From Octopus sinensis (taxonomy: Eukaryota), in the NCBI RefSeq assembly GCF_006345805.1, contig NW_021833634.1:1-57569 (forward strand): DNA of 57,569 nt, written 5' to 3'. Shown in pieces: positions 23,014-35,992 of this stretch. The notes below the pieces were generated by a model, which saw only the letters and a program-made list of their open reading frames with translations, had not been told where the DNA came from and ran no database searches. Both the position numbers and the translations under genes were made by a program. The stretch's first letter is position 1, and each line of letters opens with the position of its first letter.

Positions 23014-24200
23014 GGCATTGCAGCTACTTTGTTACCCGGTGGCAGGACAGCACACTCAACTTTTAAACTCTCTCTCAATTTAGCAGCATCCGAAATGCCT
23101 TCATGCAACATCAACAAAAGCTCAGATCAGGGACAGGTACTTAAAATGTGTCATCTAATTGTCTGGGATGAGTGCACTATGGCTCACAAGGGAGCTTTGG
23201 AAGCATTAGATAGAGCCCTGAAAGACATCCGAGACTGTCAGGCTCCAATGGGAGGTGTAACACTTCTGTTGTCAGGTATTTCAGGCAAACTCTTCCTGTC
23301 ATTCTGAAAGGCACTAGAGCAGATGAAGTCCAAGCATGCCTAAAGTCCTCTACCCTGTGGCATCATGTTACAATCCTCAGTCTCACCACTAATATGAGAG
23401 CTCAGCTACACGGCGACAAAATGTCCACAAAGTTTGCACAGGACATTTTGACACTTGGTGAAGGCAAGATGCCTCTCGATGCTGCAGGACAAATGGAAGT
23501 GTGATCATTTTCCTCTTTTGTTAATTCTGTAGATGACCTCAAAAACAAAGTCTTTCCCAACTTCACACAAAACTACCAAAATCACAATTGGCTGTGTGAA
23601 AGAGCAATATTAGCTCCAAAAAACGTTGCTGTTAACAAAATTAATCAAGAGCTAATGCATTCTCTTCCCGGCACTATACACACTTACAAGTCTGTTGATA
23701 CAATTCCAGATATAAATGAAGTTGTGAACTATCATCCTGAATTTCTCGATTCACTGGAGCCTACTGGACTACCTTCACACATATTAGCACTTAAAGTTGG
23801 AACTTTTGTAATGCTACTCCGCAATCTGGAACCACCAAGACTTTGCAATGGAACACGACTGGTGATAAAGAAAATGATGTCACACGTTATCGAGGTGATC
23901 ATTCTTTCTGGATGTGGAAAAGGTGATGACGTCTTTATTCCAAGATTTCCTCTTACTCCATCAGGAGCAGAAATTCCATTTACATTCAGAAGACTGCAAT
24001 TCCTCTTCGTGTCAGCTTTGCCATGTCCATTAACAAATCTCAGGGTCAAACCCTCTCTGTAGCTGGTCTTCTCTTGGAAGAGCCCTGCTTCTCGCATGGA
24101 TAACTTTATGTTGGCTGCTCAAGAGTAGGAACCAAAAGAAACCTTTTTTGTATATGCTCCACAAGGAAAAACAAGGAACATTGTTTACAAGGTGTTATAA
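23014..24200 (+). pseudogene. Helitron PIF1-like helicase C-terminal fragment
   Basis: GIAATLLPGGRTAHS, IVWDECTM, GDFRQ.LP (frameshifted), RAILAPKN, LLRNL.PPRLCNGTRL, AMSINKSQGQT, FSHG*LYVGCSRV; stop 24198-24200. Confidence 0.93.
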
Positions 24201-24362
24201 TCTCAACAGCCAGGAGGTATGTACACGATCCCCTTTTTTTTTTAACAAACTTCATGTACTTTCATGTATTTATATTAATATACATATATATGTGTGTGTG
24301 TGTATCCATATATATATACATAATATATATAAATAATATATATATACACATAATATATATAT

Positions 24363-24396
<34 letters not shown>

Positions 24397-24398
24397 AT

Positions 24399-24441
24399 GG
24401 CGGTGCCCCAGCATGGCCACAGCTTGTGAGCTGAAACTAGA

Positions 24442-24450
<9 letters not shown>
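24399..24450 (+). mobile_element. Very short 3' tail of a CR1-like LINE
   Basis: GGCGGTGCCCCAGCATGGCCACAGCTTGTGAGCTGAAACTAGATAAAAAAAA, matching 8721-8772. Confidence 0.75.
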
Positions 24451-24473
<23 letters not shown>

Positions 24474-24496
24474 TACATAATATATATAAATAATAT

Positions 24497-25611
24497 TGTT
24501 ACGGAGGTAAATAAACAGGAAAACATTGTGCCCTAGTTCCGTTGGTTGGAGTTGAACCGGCGCTCCAGTTGTTCAGGACGACGAAAATGTTCATTGTCCT
24601 GTCAACGACCATGGTAACTAATGAGCTTACGAAGTGACATTTGATACCTACACAGTCAAGGAAAGTTTAGGAAAAAAATAAAAATGTTACCCTATATAAA
24701 TGCGACAGGCATTAGTGTTAGGAGTTCAGTTGGCAAGAGGGGTTCAGTGGGAAGAGACAGTCAGCGAGAGACCAGACAAGGGAGATGGTGGAGATGGCGA
24801 GAGGCAACGGCAAAGCGAGGAAGACAGGCAATGAGTGAGAGATGATGACGGCCAGAGACAGACAGGTGTAGTTGGAGATGATGAGGACGAGAGATGGTCA
24901 GTGAGAGAGATGACGATTGTAGTAGGAGTTGTGAGCTTCAGAAAATGTTGCCGGTAATGTTTTGATTTGTGTTTTGAATTTTGATGTTTAAATGTTTAAA
25001 AAAGGGAGAAACGTTGTGTTGTTCAAATGTAAAAAAAAAGGGGGACTCTGTGACGTAATCTGTTGAAAAGAAATGAGAAAAAAAAGAGAACTTGTAAATG
25101 TCTAAAAAAAAAACAAAAAGACTGATGAAAAGGAAAGAAAAGGAATCTTTAAGAATGAACTGTCTGTGTTAGAAGGAGAGAGAAAAAAGAAAGAAGAGAA
25201 AAGAAAAGAGAAAGACTATTTGTTTTGAAGGATCGAACTCTGAACGTTAACTGATTGTTGTCGGATTCTGTATTGTGTTGCATGTTAATTGATTTGTTTA
25301 CAAAAAAAAATCGAACAGTTGTATTACGTTTAAATGTATTTGATTGTTATTCGGATTGTGTTGTAGTTAAATGCTTATGTTTTGAAATATTTTGATTTTG
25401 TGAAGTTATAAATTGTTAAATTACGCAACTGCCTCCGCTGTCTCTCTCGTTTGTTGTTGTTGTCCTGGTTACTGGCTTGCATTCGCCACTTTTCCCCCGC
25501 TTCTGCTGAGCTTCCGTTTGACTGAGCGTCATCGTCATCGCGACTTAGGGCCCCTATATCGACCCGGAAGGCCTAGGGTCTTAGGGTCCTGAGTGAGCGC
25601 ACGGCATAACA
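24497..25611 (+). mobile_element. Solo LTR (1115 bp)
   Basis: TGTTA...TAACA terminal inverted ends; ATAT on both sides; TATATAAA near 24693; no coding remnant; same layout as 42470-43424. Strand inferred from the TATA-like motif. Confidence 0.75.
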
Positions 25612-26101
25612 ATATATATATATATATATATATATACATAATATATAATATATATATATATATATATACATAATATATATAATATATATATATATATATA
25701 CATAATATATATAATATATATATGTATATATATATATACATAATATATATAATATATATATATGTATATATATATATACATAATATATATATATATATAT
25801 ATATATACATAATATATATAATATATATATATGTATATATATATATACATAATATATATATAACATATAATATACATATATATAATATATATATATAATA
25901 TATATAACATAATATACATATATAATATATATTATATATATATATATATTATATATATATAACATAAATATACATATACATATATAATATATATATATAT
26001 TATATATATATATTATACATAATATATATAATATATATATATGTATATATATATATACATAATATATAATATATATATATGTATATATATATATATACAT
26101 A

Positions 26102-26135
<34 letters not shown>

Positions 26136-26237
26136 TATAATATATATATATGTATATATATATATACATAATATATATATAACATATAAATATACATATA
26201 TATAATATATATATATAATATATATAACATAATATAC

Positions 26238-26281
<44 letters not shown>

Positions 26282-26349
26282 AACATAAATATACATATAC
26301 ATATATAATATATATATATAATATATATATATAATATATAATATATATA

Positions 26350-26380
<31 letters not shown>

Positions 26381-26383
26381 ATA
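25612..26383. repeat. Compound (TA)n/(TACA) microsatellite
   Basis: Seen directly; source of the Tyr/Ile ORFs. Confidence 0.97.
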
Positions 26384-27439
26384 CTAGCTTAAGGAGACCC
26401 ACTCTACGCACGGGTGAGGGTGTGGTTGTTACTTTCTGTTTCTTATCGCCTCATTCTCCCTCTTTGTTTCTCTCTCCTTTCTCACTTTCCCACTCTCTTA
26501 CTCTTCCTTTCTCTCGGACTCTCCCTCGCTTTCTCTTTCTCTCTATCTATCTATCTCCCATTTATAAAAAAAAGATCTTGAATAAGTTGAGAAAGAAAAT
26601 ATTTTGAAAGATCAATCATAAATATCAGGCAGTGACAACGGAAAGCACACTTGCCTTTTGTACGTGCCACTATTTGAGCGATTAAAAATAAAGAAAAAAA
26701 GGATTTCTTTGTTAAATTTAAAACTTATTTTGGGAATTATTCAACGACTGACCATGCAAATGAAAGCTCTAAACATGGACTACATGCAGCTGTAAATTTC
26801 TTTCAGAAAAATGAAAATTGTAAACAATAAAAAATATAAGGCAAAAATACATAAAAATGAGAAATTTTTTCAACTTCAAAAATCTTGCCTTAATTTTCAA
26901 AATTTCGAAACTATTTTCTGAGCTTAAATTATAAATCCGCTTCCACTCTACCATGTTGAAAATTTGATTGAAATCAGGCAAAAGGTGTCCAATCAAGACA
27001 AAAATCAATAAAATCCCTGTTTTCACAGCAAAGCAACCACTATAGCACCCCAAAACGTCTCCCAATCAATTTCTCACCTCAAGTTACCCCCTCCTGTAAA
27101 TTCTAATCCCATTCCAGCCCCATTTAGACCCCTTTTTACATAAAATATCCAATTTGCATCAACATTCGCCTTCTTCATTTTATAGATTAGATTAGATGCC
27201 AATCGCGCCAATCTGGAGGGGCTTAGAGCCCCCTTGAATTGATAAAAAATCACTCTTCTCACCATAGCAACTGCATCTTTCCAGATTGTGTGTTTTAACC
27301 TATTCAGCTCACTGTCTTATCACGACCTCTATGCCTGTGTCAATTTTCAACTCGATCCAACCACTGGTCTGGCCGCCAACCTCTGACGTAGCAAAACATG
27401 CACACAATTTTGATCCAAAGCCTCTTTTATATATACAGA
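26384..27439 (-). mobile_element. Non-autonomous Helitron (family B 3' end, different 5' end)
   Basis: CTAG 26384-26387 with ACCC(A)CTCTACGCACGGGT hairpin; candidate A|TCTGTATATATAAAAG 5' end at 27439. Confidence 0.65.
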
Positions 27440-27489
27440 TAGCAGAGTAATCCGGTCTTGCTCGGGATTAAAATAGCTTATCATTGTTT

Positions 27490-27955
27490 TATTTGTTTCA
27501 GTATTATAACCCGATTTCATTCGGGTCTACGCGGGCCACACTTTAAAAGATGAGGAATTTTGCCCTAGAGGCCACACCTTTCAATTGAGCAAACTCATAG
27601 TTGCCATGCAAACTCGCCAGGACGTTTAACATAGGTGTGCAAATTTTCAGCTGAATCAGGCCATATTTACTAACACTTTTGCCTGTATAGCTGCTTGTGA
27701 GACAACGTCCGCCCTTTTCACAAATAGGTAGTAGACTTACAGAAATACCCGACCTTGCTTGGGATTAAAATGGCATAGCTTTTCATTGTTTTACTTGTTT
27801 GGTAAATATAACCTGATTTCATTTGGGTCAACTCAGGCCACATTTTAAAAGATGAGGAATTTTGTCCTAGAGGACACGCCTTTCATTTGAGGAAAAAAAT
27901 AGTTGCCATGCAAACTTGCCAGTACTTTTAACATATGTGTGCATATTTTCAGCTG
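27490..27955. repeat. Two tandem copies of a Helitron-internal segment also at 11245-11370/12446-12472
   Basis: ATAACC.GATTTCATT.GGGTC...GAGGAATTTTG.CCTAGAGG...GCCATGCAAACT.GCCAG...TTAACATA.GTGTGC; these are empty sites for the 11371 insertion. Confidence 0.8.
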
Positions 27956-28230
27956 ATGCCAGCACCGTCTGACTGGCATCCGAGTCGGTGACATGTAAAA
28001 GCACCAAGTGATCATGGCCGTTTGCCAGACTCCTCTGGCCGCTGTGCCAGTAGCACTTAAAAAGCACCCACTACACTCACGGAGTGGTTGGCATTAGGAA
28101 GGGCATCCAGCTGTAGAAACACTGTCAGATCAGACTGGAGCCTGGTGCAGCCTCCTGGCTTCCCAGACCCCGGTCAAACCGTCCAACCCATGCTAGCATG
28201 GAAAATGGACGTTAAACGACGATGATGATG
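27955..28230 (+). mobile_element. RTE 3' UTR fragment
   Basis: Tail consensus ending GTTAAACGAC(GAT)n. Confidence 0.85.
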
Positions 28231-28277
28231 AAATATCACCACCAGTGGCCTAGCATGTATAAATAGTCAATATTCTT

Positions 28278-28735
28278 AATATAAAATAGTGTATATTTAA
28301 ACACAAGAGAAAACTACCCTTTAACAGGTAATTTTTACACGCTAGGAAAAGCAGCCAAAACGACCAAAACCACATTTGATAGCGATTTTCAAAGGAAATG
28401 AAAAATAAAAACTTTTACCTTGTTATATATTTGCGGTTATACCTAGGTTTCAAATTTCTTTAGCAAATAAGATAAATTATAACATAATGATGAAACACGT
28501 GTTATTTGTCTCTGAATTAAGAGTTAGTTGTTAAGGCCGGTTACAGATTATCTTATTTGCTAAAGAAATTTGAAACCTAGGTATAACTGCAAATATATAA
28601 CAAGGTAAAAGTTTTTATTTTTCATTTCCTTCAAAAATTGCTATTAAATGTGGTTTTAGCTGCTTCTCCTAGCATGTAAAAATTACCTGTTAAAGGGTAG
28701 TTTTCTCTTGTGTTTAAATGTACACTACTTTATAT

Positions 28736-28736
<1 letters not shown>
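28278..28736. repeat. Fold-back inverted repeat (~190-bp arms, 72-bp spacer)
   Basis: 28278-28475 is the reverse complement of 28548-28736; each arm carries GAAAC-CTAG-GTA on opposite strands. Confidence 0.9.
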
Positions 28737-28804
<68 letters not shown>

Positions 28805-28817
28805 TTAAGTATTATTG

Positions 28818-28928
28818 TTGACCTGAGGAGTGACTATACTTTTAAATTGAATTCTTTTTGGATCAATTAAATTTAAGTTTAATTGTAATTCAAATTGAAG
28901 ATATAGCCATGAAACGTACGTACTCTAT
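28818..28928 (+). ncRNA. Hammerhead motif, long stem II (family C), weak stem I
   Basis: CTGAGGA 28823-28829; GTGACTATA...TATAGCCAT; GAAAC-GTAC-GTA 28912-28923 (palindrome ACGTACGT). Confidence 0.6.
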
Positions 28929-29104
28929 ATATAAATCTATTTATATATATTGAAATATATATTAATATAAATCTATATATAAATCTATTTATATATATTG
29001 AAGATACAGCCATGAAATGTATGTATTCTATATATAAATCTATTTATATAAAGATAGGCGGTTTAATTTCATAAAACCTAACCGCCTATCTATATAAACT
29101 TTAA

Positions 29105-31698
29105 CCCTTTAGTGTTCAAACCAGCCGTAACCAGCCAAAATTAATCCCCCTTTATTTTTTCAAACCGGCTGTATCCGGCTATATCTGAAAGCTCTACGAA
29201 ATTGCTAAAAAAATAAACAAATCACATTATTGAATTCTCGTAGCTTTGAGATAATGTGAGATGAAGCCTTTCCCGCCTTATTCAAGTATAAACACTGTGA
29301 AATTGTTTAGACCTCATGGTTATTTCCACATTTGAAGAGAAGTGTTTACCTTTGTTGTGAAAGAAATGGCGTTAGCAAGTAGCGATTCCGACTTTGAAGG
29401 ATTTACGATTGATGATATAGAAGATATAAATGAAAACAAAAGTATTTTGTCTTCGGATGAATTTGATATTGATATCAGTGATTATTCGTCGGACGAAGAT
29501 TTCGATAACGAAAGTGATGTAAATGTAAGTGATGAAAACAATATTGTAAACATGGCAACATGGTCAAAAATTACGACACCAAACACTATTTCTGATTTTA
29601 CAGAAAACACTGGTTTACAACACAATTTACTTCCTGATGCTCAACCTTTAGACAATCTATTTTTATTTTTACCAGAAAGCATTCTTGAAAATGTTGCGGA
29701 GGAAACGAACAAATATACACATAATTTAATTTCTGTTCGTGGAAGAAATGATCCACTATGGCAGCCAACTAATACTGCAGAAATGAGAGCATTTTCACAA
29801 TTAACATTATATTTGGAGTTAAACAGCTTCCTCGACTGTGGAACTACTGGAGTCCCGATGTAAGGTATGGCGATCCATATATTTCGAGTATCATGTTGAA
29901 GACGAGGTATTCGAAAATACCTCAGTATTTGCATTTAACTGATTCTGCCAATGCTCCCAACAAAAACGACCCAAACTACGATCCCCTGCACAAAGTACGT
30001 CCTGTAATTGATTTACTTGTAAATAATTATAAAACTGTGTATTTACCTGGGAAAAATCTCAGTGTAGATGAAGCCATGATAGGCTATATAACGGCAGAAT
30101 ACATTTTAGGTAGTACATGCCTGCCAAACCTACTAAATGGGGGATCAAGGTATGGGAAGTTTGTGAATCGGAGATGGGATATTGTATAAACTTCGATGTT
30201 TGCACAGGTAAAATGTATAATGGGAAAAGACCACATGGATTGGGACATGATGTTGTATGGTCTCTTACACAACCATTTCACCATCAGCACCGACACCTCT
30301 ATTTCAACCGCTTTTTTCTTCAGTGGCTTTGGCTGAAAATCTTGCCCATGTAAGCACTTACATGGGAAACCGTAAAGGTTTACCCCATGAAATAAAAATA
30401 AAATTAAAAAAAGAGGGGACATTTTGCAAATGCAAAAAGAAAATTTATTAGTTACTGCTTTTAAAGACAAAAGACAGATTTTATTTCTGTCTTCTAATGA
30501 ACAACCTGGTGTTGGTGCTGAGGGGAAACCCCTCGTGAATATTTGTTATAACAAATATACGGGTGGGATTGATAAATCCGACCAATATCGGGCACATTAC
30601 CCAGTTGGTCGACCTGGGAAGAAATGGTGGAGGTACATTTTGTGGTTTTTAGTTAATTTAGCTATAGTAAATTCATACATTGTATATGTAAAAAGCCACA
30701 AAGTACCTCCGCCACCAAAAGACTACGACCACTTGAAATTTCAGGTTGACATTGCATCTCAGTTACGTGAGGGCTTTTCTTCTAGAAAGCACAGAACTGG
30801 AAGAAAAGCAAAATTAACTGAGGTGGATGTCAACAGAGAAAATATTGATTTTCATCAAGTCGAAAAGATAAATGGACAAAAAAAGTTTGCAGACTGTGTT
30901 CGTTGCAAAAAAGAAAAACTGCAAAAGGATACCAGGTCGAGATCTCATATATGTGTTCGTTTTGCCAAGTGCCCTTGTGTAAAGGGTGCTTTGGACAATT
31001 TCACGACAGAAATATGGCATAAGTGTATAATTTTGTATATACCTTTTCATTTTATTATATAATATGTGAAAGTGAGAACTGCATATTAATTTTCAGTATG
31101 TTACACACCTGTATTCACCTTTGTCTCACCTGTTAATGAGATTTTTTTATTAGATGCATTCTGTTACGTGAATGAATTCGTTAAATTGTATAAGAGTGCA
31201 TAGCCAATGGTATATTGACTAGTAAATGAGCTTTGTACTTTATTTTCAATGATGACGTTTGAATGAAATATAAAAAAAAGAGTAAAATCTTCTACCGATT
31301 ACACCTGTATATTAATTAATTCAAATTAATGTACCTCATCTTGAAAAATGTAAAATTGTTGGCAGTTGACATCTGGGATAATTTTAGCAGAAAACCAAAC
31401 AGGTAAGATGTATTAAGAATATGAATTTTAGTGTTTATTCATAATGTTATTGTTTTTACACCTATTAATTAAATTTACCTGCCCATAAAAGTCAAATTTA
31501 GTCAGAAAGATCAGCTAAAATTATGTAATTATAAACCACTGGCATATAAGCACCCATTTACAAAGTTCAAATCTGTATGTAGAAAATTAACAAAGTTACA
31601 AGCAAATATTGTGGACAGCCCACTTGAACCTGAATAAATCAAAATTAATGTGAACAGATAAGCATTACATTTGACACATTAATCTGAACACTAAAGGG
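29105..31698 (+). mobile_element. piggyBac transposon, full length (2594 bp), decayed
   Basis: 14-bp perfect TIR CCCTTTAGTGTTCA; TTAA TSD at 29101-29104 and 31699-31702. Confidence 0.96.
29366..31010 (+). pseudogene. piggyBac (PGBD4-like) transposase, frameshifted
   Basis: Acidic N-terminus, EETNKY, LSVDEAMI, KPTKWGIK, YFNRFF (second Asp reads Asn), GGIDKSDQ, KKWWRY, Cys-rich C-terminus. Confidence 0.9.
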
Positions 31699-31839
31699 TT
31701 AAGGGTATTAATAATTTATTGTGAAATTTACCCCTATTAATACTAGTATATATTACCATTATTATGACTAACATAAGTTAATAATATTTAAACAGTAAAA
31801 AACCTCTATATAAGTTATAAATTTATTGAATAAAATTAG

Positions 31840-32376
31840 TAAATGAAACTATCTACCACAATTAACAAAGGAAGAATACTTATCTGTATGTTTACTCCTT
31901 CTTTAACCTGTGCAAATAGCTGCACCTTCTGTCCTGCACTATGTATTATAGGGGAAAAAACACTACTCTAAAAATATTCAAGACTAATATCATTACAGAG
32001 GTTGAATACAAAGGGAGATAATAATAAAATACTCTCATCCACAGGTACAGCTGGACTCCCCTTCAGAGTTAAAGATTTAGAGAACTGTCTCATTCAATAT
32101 TTGGCCTGTCTAATCCTTATTAAGGTAATATTCTTTACGGTTTTTTTTGTTGGTTTTAGGTATATCTGTATCTAATACTATTATATAATTCTATTAAAAA
32201 CTACATTTATTCAACCTCTGTAATGATATTAGTATTGAATATTTTTAGAGTAGTGTTTTTTCCCCCATAATACATAGTACAGGACAGAAGGTGCAGCTAT
32301 TTGTACAGGTTAAAGAAGGAGTAAACATACAGATAAGTATTGTTCCTTTGTTAATTGAGGTAAATAGTTTCATTTA
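31840..32376. repeat. Fold-back inverted repeat of PLE 5' sequence (~169-bp arms, ~199-bp spacer)
   Basis: 31840-32008 vs 32208-32376; both arms match the 5' region of the PLE at 38030-38170. Confidence 0.9.
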
Positions 32377-32422
32377 ACTATCTTCCTCATTAATTAAGAG
32401 ATTACATACTGGGGTGGGGTTA

Positions 32423-34291
32423 TCAATATCTATAAAGTTGAAATGCAAAGAATTTGTCTCATTTTGGGATGGGAACGGTTTAAGGGCCAGTAGATGGGGT
32501 CGGATTGACTCTAAAATTTACAGGGACATGTAAAAAGAGGCAAGAAAGCAACTGGACTAGGTTAGAAACCCCTTTCTCAAAAGCTGTGGTTACTAGGGCA
32601 ACAAAATGCACCTTCCACTCTCATTCCCTCTCTGCCTTCGCTGTCTCTCTGTCACTCTTTCTTCCACCACCTCTCTCACTGTACATCTGTCTGCATCTAG
32701 AGAGAGAAAGTGCTCACAGCCACAAAAGTTTAAATATTCCCGCCACAGGTCTTTTAGAACGGTGAATTATTATCACCCACCATCACCGCACAATCATAAC
32801 AAATATTATTAATCAGATATATTGTGTTAATTTATATATATATGTGTGTATATAAATATATATATGTGTGTACATATAATCAATATCTATAAAGCTGAAA
32901 TGCAAAAAAAGTTGTTTGATTCCTTGGTTATTTGTCTCATTTTGAGATGGGTACAGTTTAAGGGGCAGTAGAGGGAGTCGGATTGGTGCCAAAATTTACA
33001 CTAGGGGTAAAATGGGGTGGGCAATGGTGTGAGGAGGGTTGCAAGTTGCTCGGAACTTGCCATGGTGAGGTTTGGTTGCCATGGTGAGGAATATGGGAAA
33101 AATTGAGTTTTATGGGATAGACAGGTAGCGCTGTTTGAATAATGGTGGCTTTTTGTGTTGCTGCAAGGGCTAGAGATGGTTATCTTTAATTGTGGGTGTA
33201 AAAATTTGGGGGATTTCGGGAAGGGGGGAAAATTTCTCAACTTTTAAAAAGAGTACATTTTTGCCCTATTTTTAGATTTAATTTTTTTTCTGTTTGCATT
33301 ATTTGGTTGACATGGCTAAAAATGGCATTGTGTTAAAGGCCAAAATTTTAGCATTCATTTGCATCATGAACCGTTAAAATATACCAGAAAAAAGTATCAA
33401 ATTTCACAAATTTGAACTAATTTTGAATTATTTTTGTGATTTTACATGCACGCATAAGAGAAAATGAGGGAGAGTCCGAGAGAAAGACAGAGTAAGAGTG
33501 TGGGAAAGTGAGAGAGAAACAAAGAGGGAGAATGTGGCAATAAGAAACAGAAAGAAAGCAACAGAAAGTAACAACCACACCCTCACCCGTACGTAGAGCG
33601 GGTCACCTGAAACCAGTCAATATCTATAAAGCTGAAGTGCGAAAAATTTGTTTGTCTCATTTTGGAATGAGAATAGTTTAAGGGCCAGTAGATGGGGTCA
33701 GATTCGCTACAAAACTTACAGGGACATGTAAAAAGAGGCGTGGAAGCGACTGGACTAGGTTAGAAATCCCTATCTCAAAAGCTGTGGTTACTATGGCAAC
33801 AAAACCCAGACTTTGACAAGTGCTTGTCGTTTCTCTCTTTCGGATATCACCCTGTCTTCCTCGTTCTCTCTCTTTCCTTCCTTCCCTCCACTTTTCATCA
33901 AAATCTATAAAGCTGAAATGCGAAAAACTTGTTTGTTTCATTTGGGGATGGGAACGGTATAAGGGCCAGTCGATGGGGTCGGAATGGCTCCAAAATTTAC
34001 AGGGACAAAATTTACCCTGTCTTCCTCGATCTCTCTCTTTCCTTCCTTCCCTCCACTTTTCATCAATATCTATAAAGCTGAAATGCAAACGATTTGTCTT
34101 ATTTTGGGATGGGAATGGTTTAAGGGCTGGATTGGCTCCAAAATTTACAGGGACATGTAAAAACAGGCAAGGAAGAGAGAAAGCATTGACAGCCATAAAA
34201 GTTTAAATATTCCCACCACAGGTCTTTTAGAATGGTGAATTATTACTGCCCACCACCACCACCGCACAATCATAACAGATATATTGTGTTA

Positions 34292-34336
<45 letters not shown>

Positions 34337-35992
34337 TGTGTGTGTGTGTATAACTATATATCTAATGTTTATACATATATATAAATCATCAATATGTAAA
34401 AAGCTGAAATGTAAAAAAGTTGCTTGATTTCTTTGTTATTTGTCTCATTTTGGGATGGGAACAGTTTAAGTGTCAGTAGATGGGGTCGGATTGGTGCCAA
34501 AATTTACACTGGGGGGTAAAATGGGGTGGGGCATTTTAGAAAGGAGGGGAAATTTTTCAACTTTTAAAAAGAGTACATTTTTGCTCTATTTTTAGATTTA
34601 ATTTTTTCTGTTTACATTATTTGGTTGACATGGGTAAAAATGGCATTGTGTTAACCCTTTCGTTACTATATTTCTGACCAAAATACACCCCTTATGTGTT
34701 TCAATTAATTTCTAACGTAATCATAAATTTAGTCTGGTTTCATTAAACAACTATAACTTTTTTATATATCGATATATTTTTGGAAGATAATTTAATGAAA
34801 TATTCTCAACCAATTCTATACTATAATTTTTGTCACAAAGTGACTCTATTTGCAGGTAGATACAGGTAAATTCCACAAAATATAAAATTATTAAAATTTT
34901 GTTCAAACATCGCTATAGAAAATATTAGCTAATATTCAATTGGGTATACAACAAAATTTTACGATAGAATTTGTTATTCTGGGTAACTTTCTGATATCCA
35001 TAATATATTTATGGCAAAATAGGCCTTAATTTCATTTAAGGTTGTGGGAAATAACAAACTATCCTTTCTTTCGTTTTGTTTACGTTTAGCGTAACGGTTC
35101 GTTTTCGCTGTAATGATTTCAAATAGGCTCATTCGAAAAAGTAAATAGAAATAGCCTAAGGCTTTACCCTTCTGGGAAAGTCTGTGGCTTGGTCCAGTTT
35201 CTGCAGAAAAATCACCGAAAGAAACAGTTTTTAAATTTTCACTCCATTCAGGTGCCAATTCGTTTTCTTTATCGCTATCGGAGATCTCAGATTCACTGTT
35301 TTCACTTTCGGAAAATGGAACATCAGATTCATTATCAAATACCATGTGCTTTTTTTTTTTCAGTCATAGAGTTAGATTTATGAAGGTCTTCAGTAGAAAA
35401 TCCTTCGAATTCTGACTCGCTGCTTGATATAATGAAATTTGTATCCATTTTTTGTCAGAATTACAAATTTTAAAAACACAATAGGAACAAATTTCGGAAA
35501 AAAATCTCCCAAAATTCACGGAATTAAAATTACACTTCGATTATTGTACAAAACTGTAGTTGAACGGTTTACGAAGTATAATACGTGTTTTCACGAATGT
35601 ACTGAAGAGATTTGCTCTGATATTCTCATTTAAATATGAATAGGTAAATTCGAGCGGCTTGGTTTCATAAACCAAAATTTTTTTCGGGCGGCTTTGGGCG
35701 GTTTGGTAACGAAAGGGTTAAAGGCTAAAATTTTAGCTTTCATTTGCATCATGAACCGTTAAAATATGCCAGAAAAAAGTATCAAATTTCACAAAATTTT
35801 GAATTATTTTTGTGATTTTACATGCACGCATAAGAGAAATTGAGGGAGAATCCAAGAGAAAGGAAGAGGAAGAGAGTGGGAAAGTGAGAGAGAAACAAAG
35901 AGGAAGAATGTGGCGATAAGAAACAGAAAGAAAGCAACAGAAAGTAACAACCACACCCTCACCCGTGTGTAGAGTGGGTCACCTTAAGCAAG
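32423..35992 (+). mobile_element. Head-to-tail dimer of composite family-B Helitrons with multiple 5' ends
   Basis: TCAATATCTATAAAG-type starts at 32423, 32880, 33617, 33898, 34063 and 34389; hairpin + CCAG at 33613-33616 joins directly to TC; hairpin + CAAG|T at 35989-35992. Confidence 0.8.
34655..35717 (-). mobile_element. piggyBac internal-deletion derivative (1063 bp), same family as 11371
   Basis: 12-bp TIRs; TTAA at 34651-34654 and 35718-35721; empty site GCATTGTG-TTAA-AGGC at 33333-33336. Confidence 0.95.

Noticed and set aside
25535-26411. Long Tyr/Ile-rich ORFs (also ~3615-3854, 43389-43648, 44187-44607, 47682-48670, 49116-49568, 53049-54337)
   Set aside because: Translations of (TA)n/(TACA)n microsatellite, which lacks stops in some frames; not genes.
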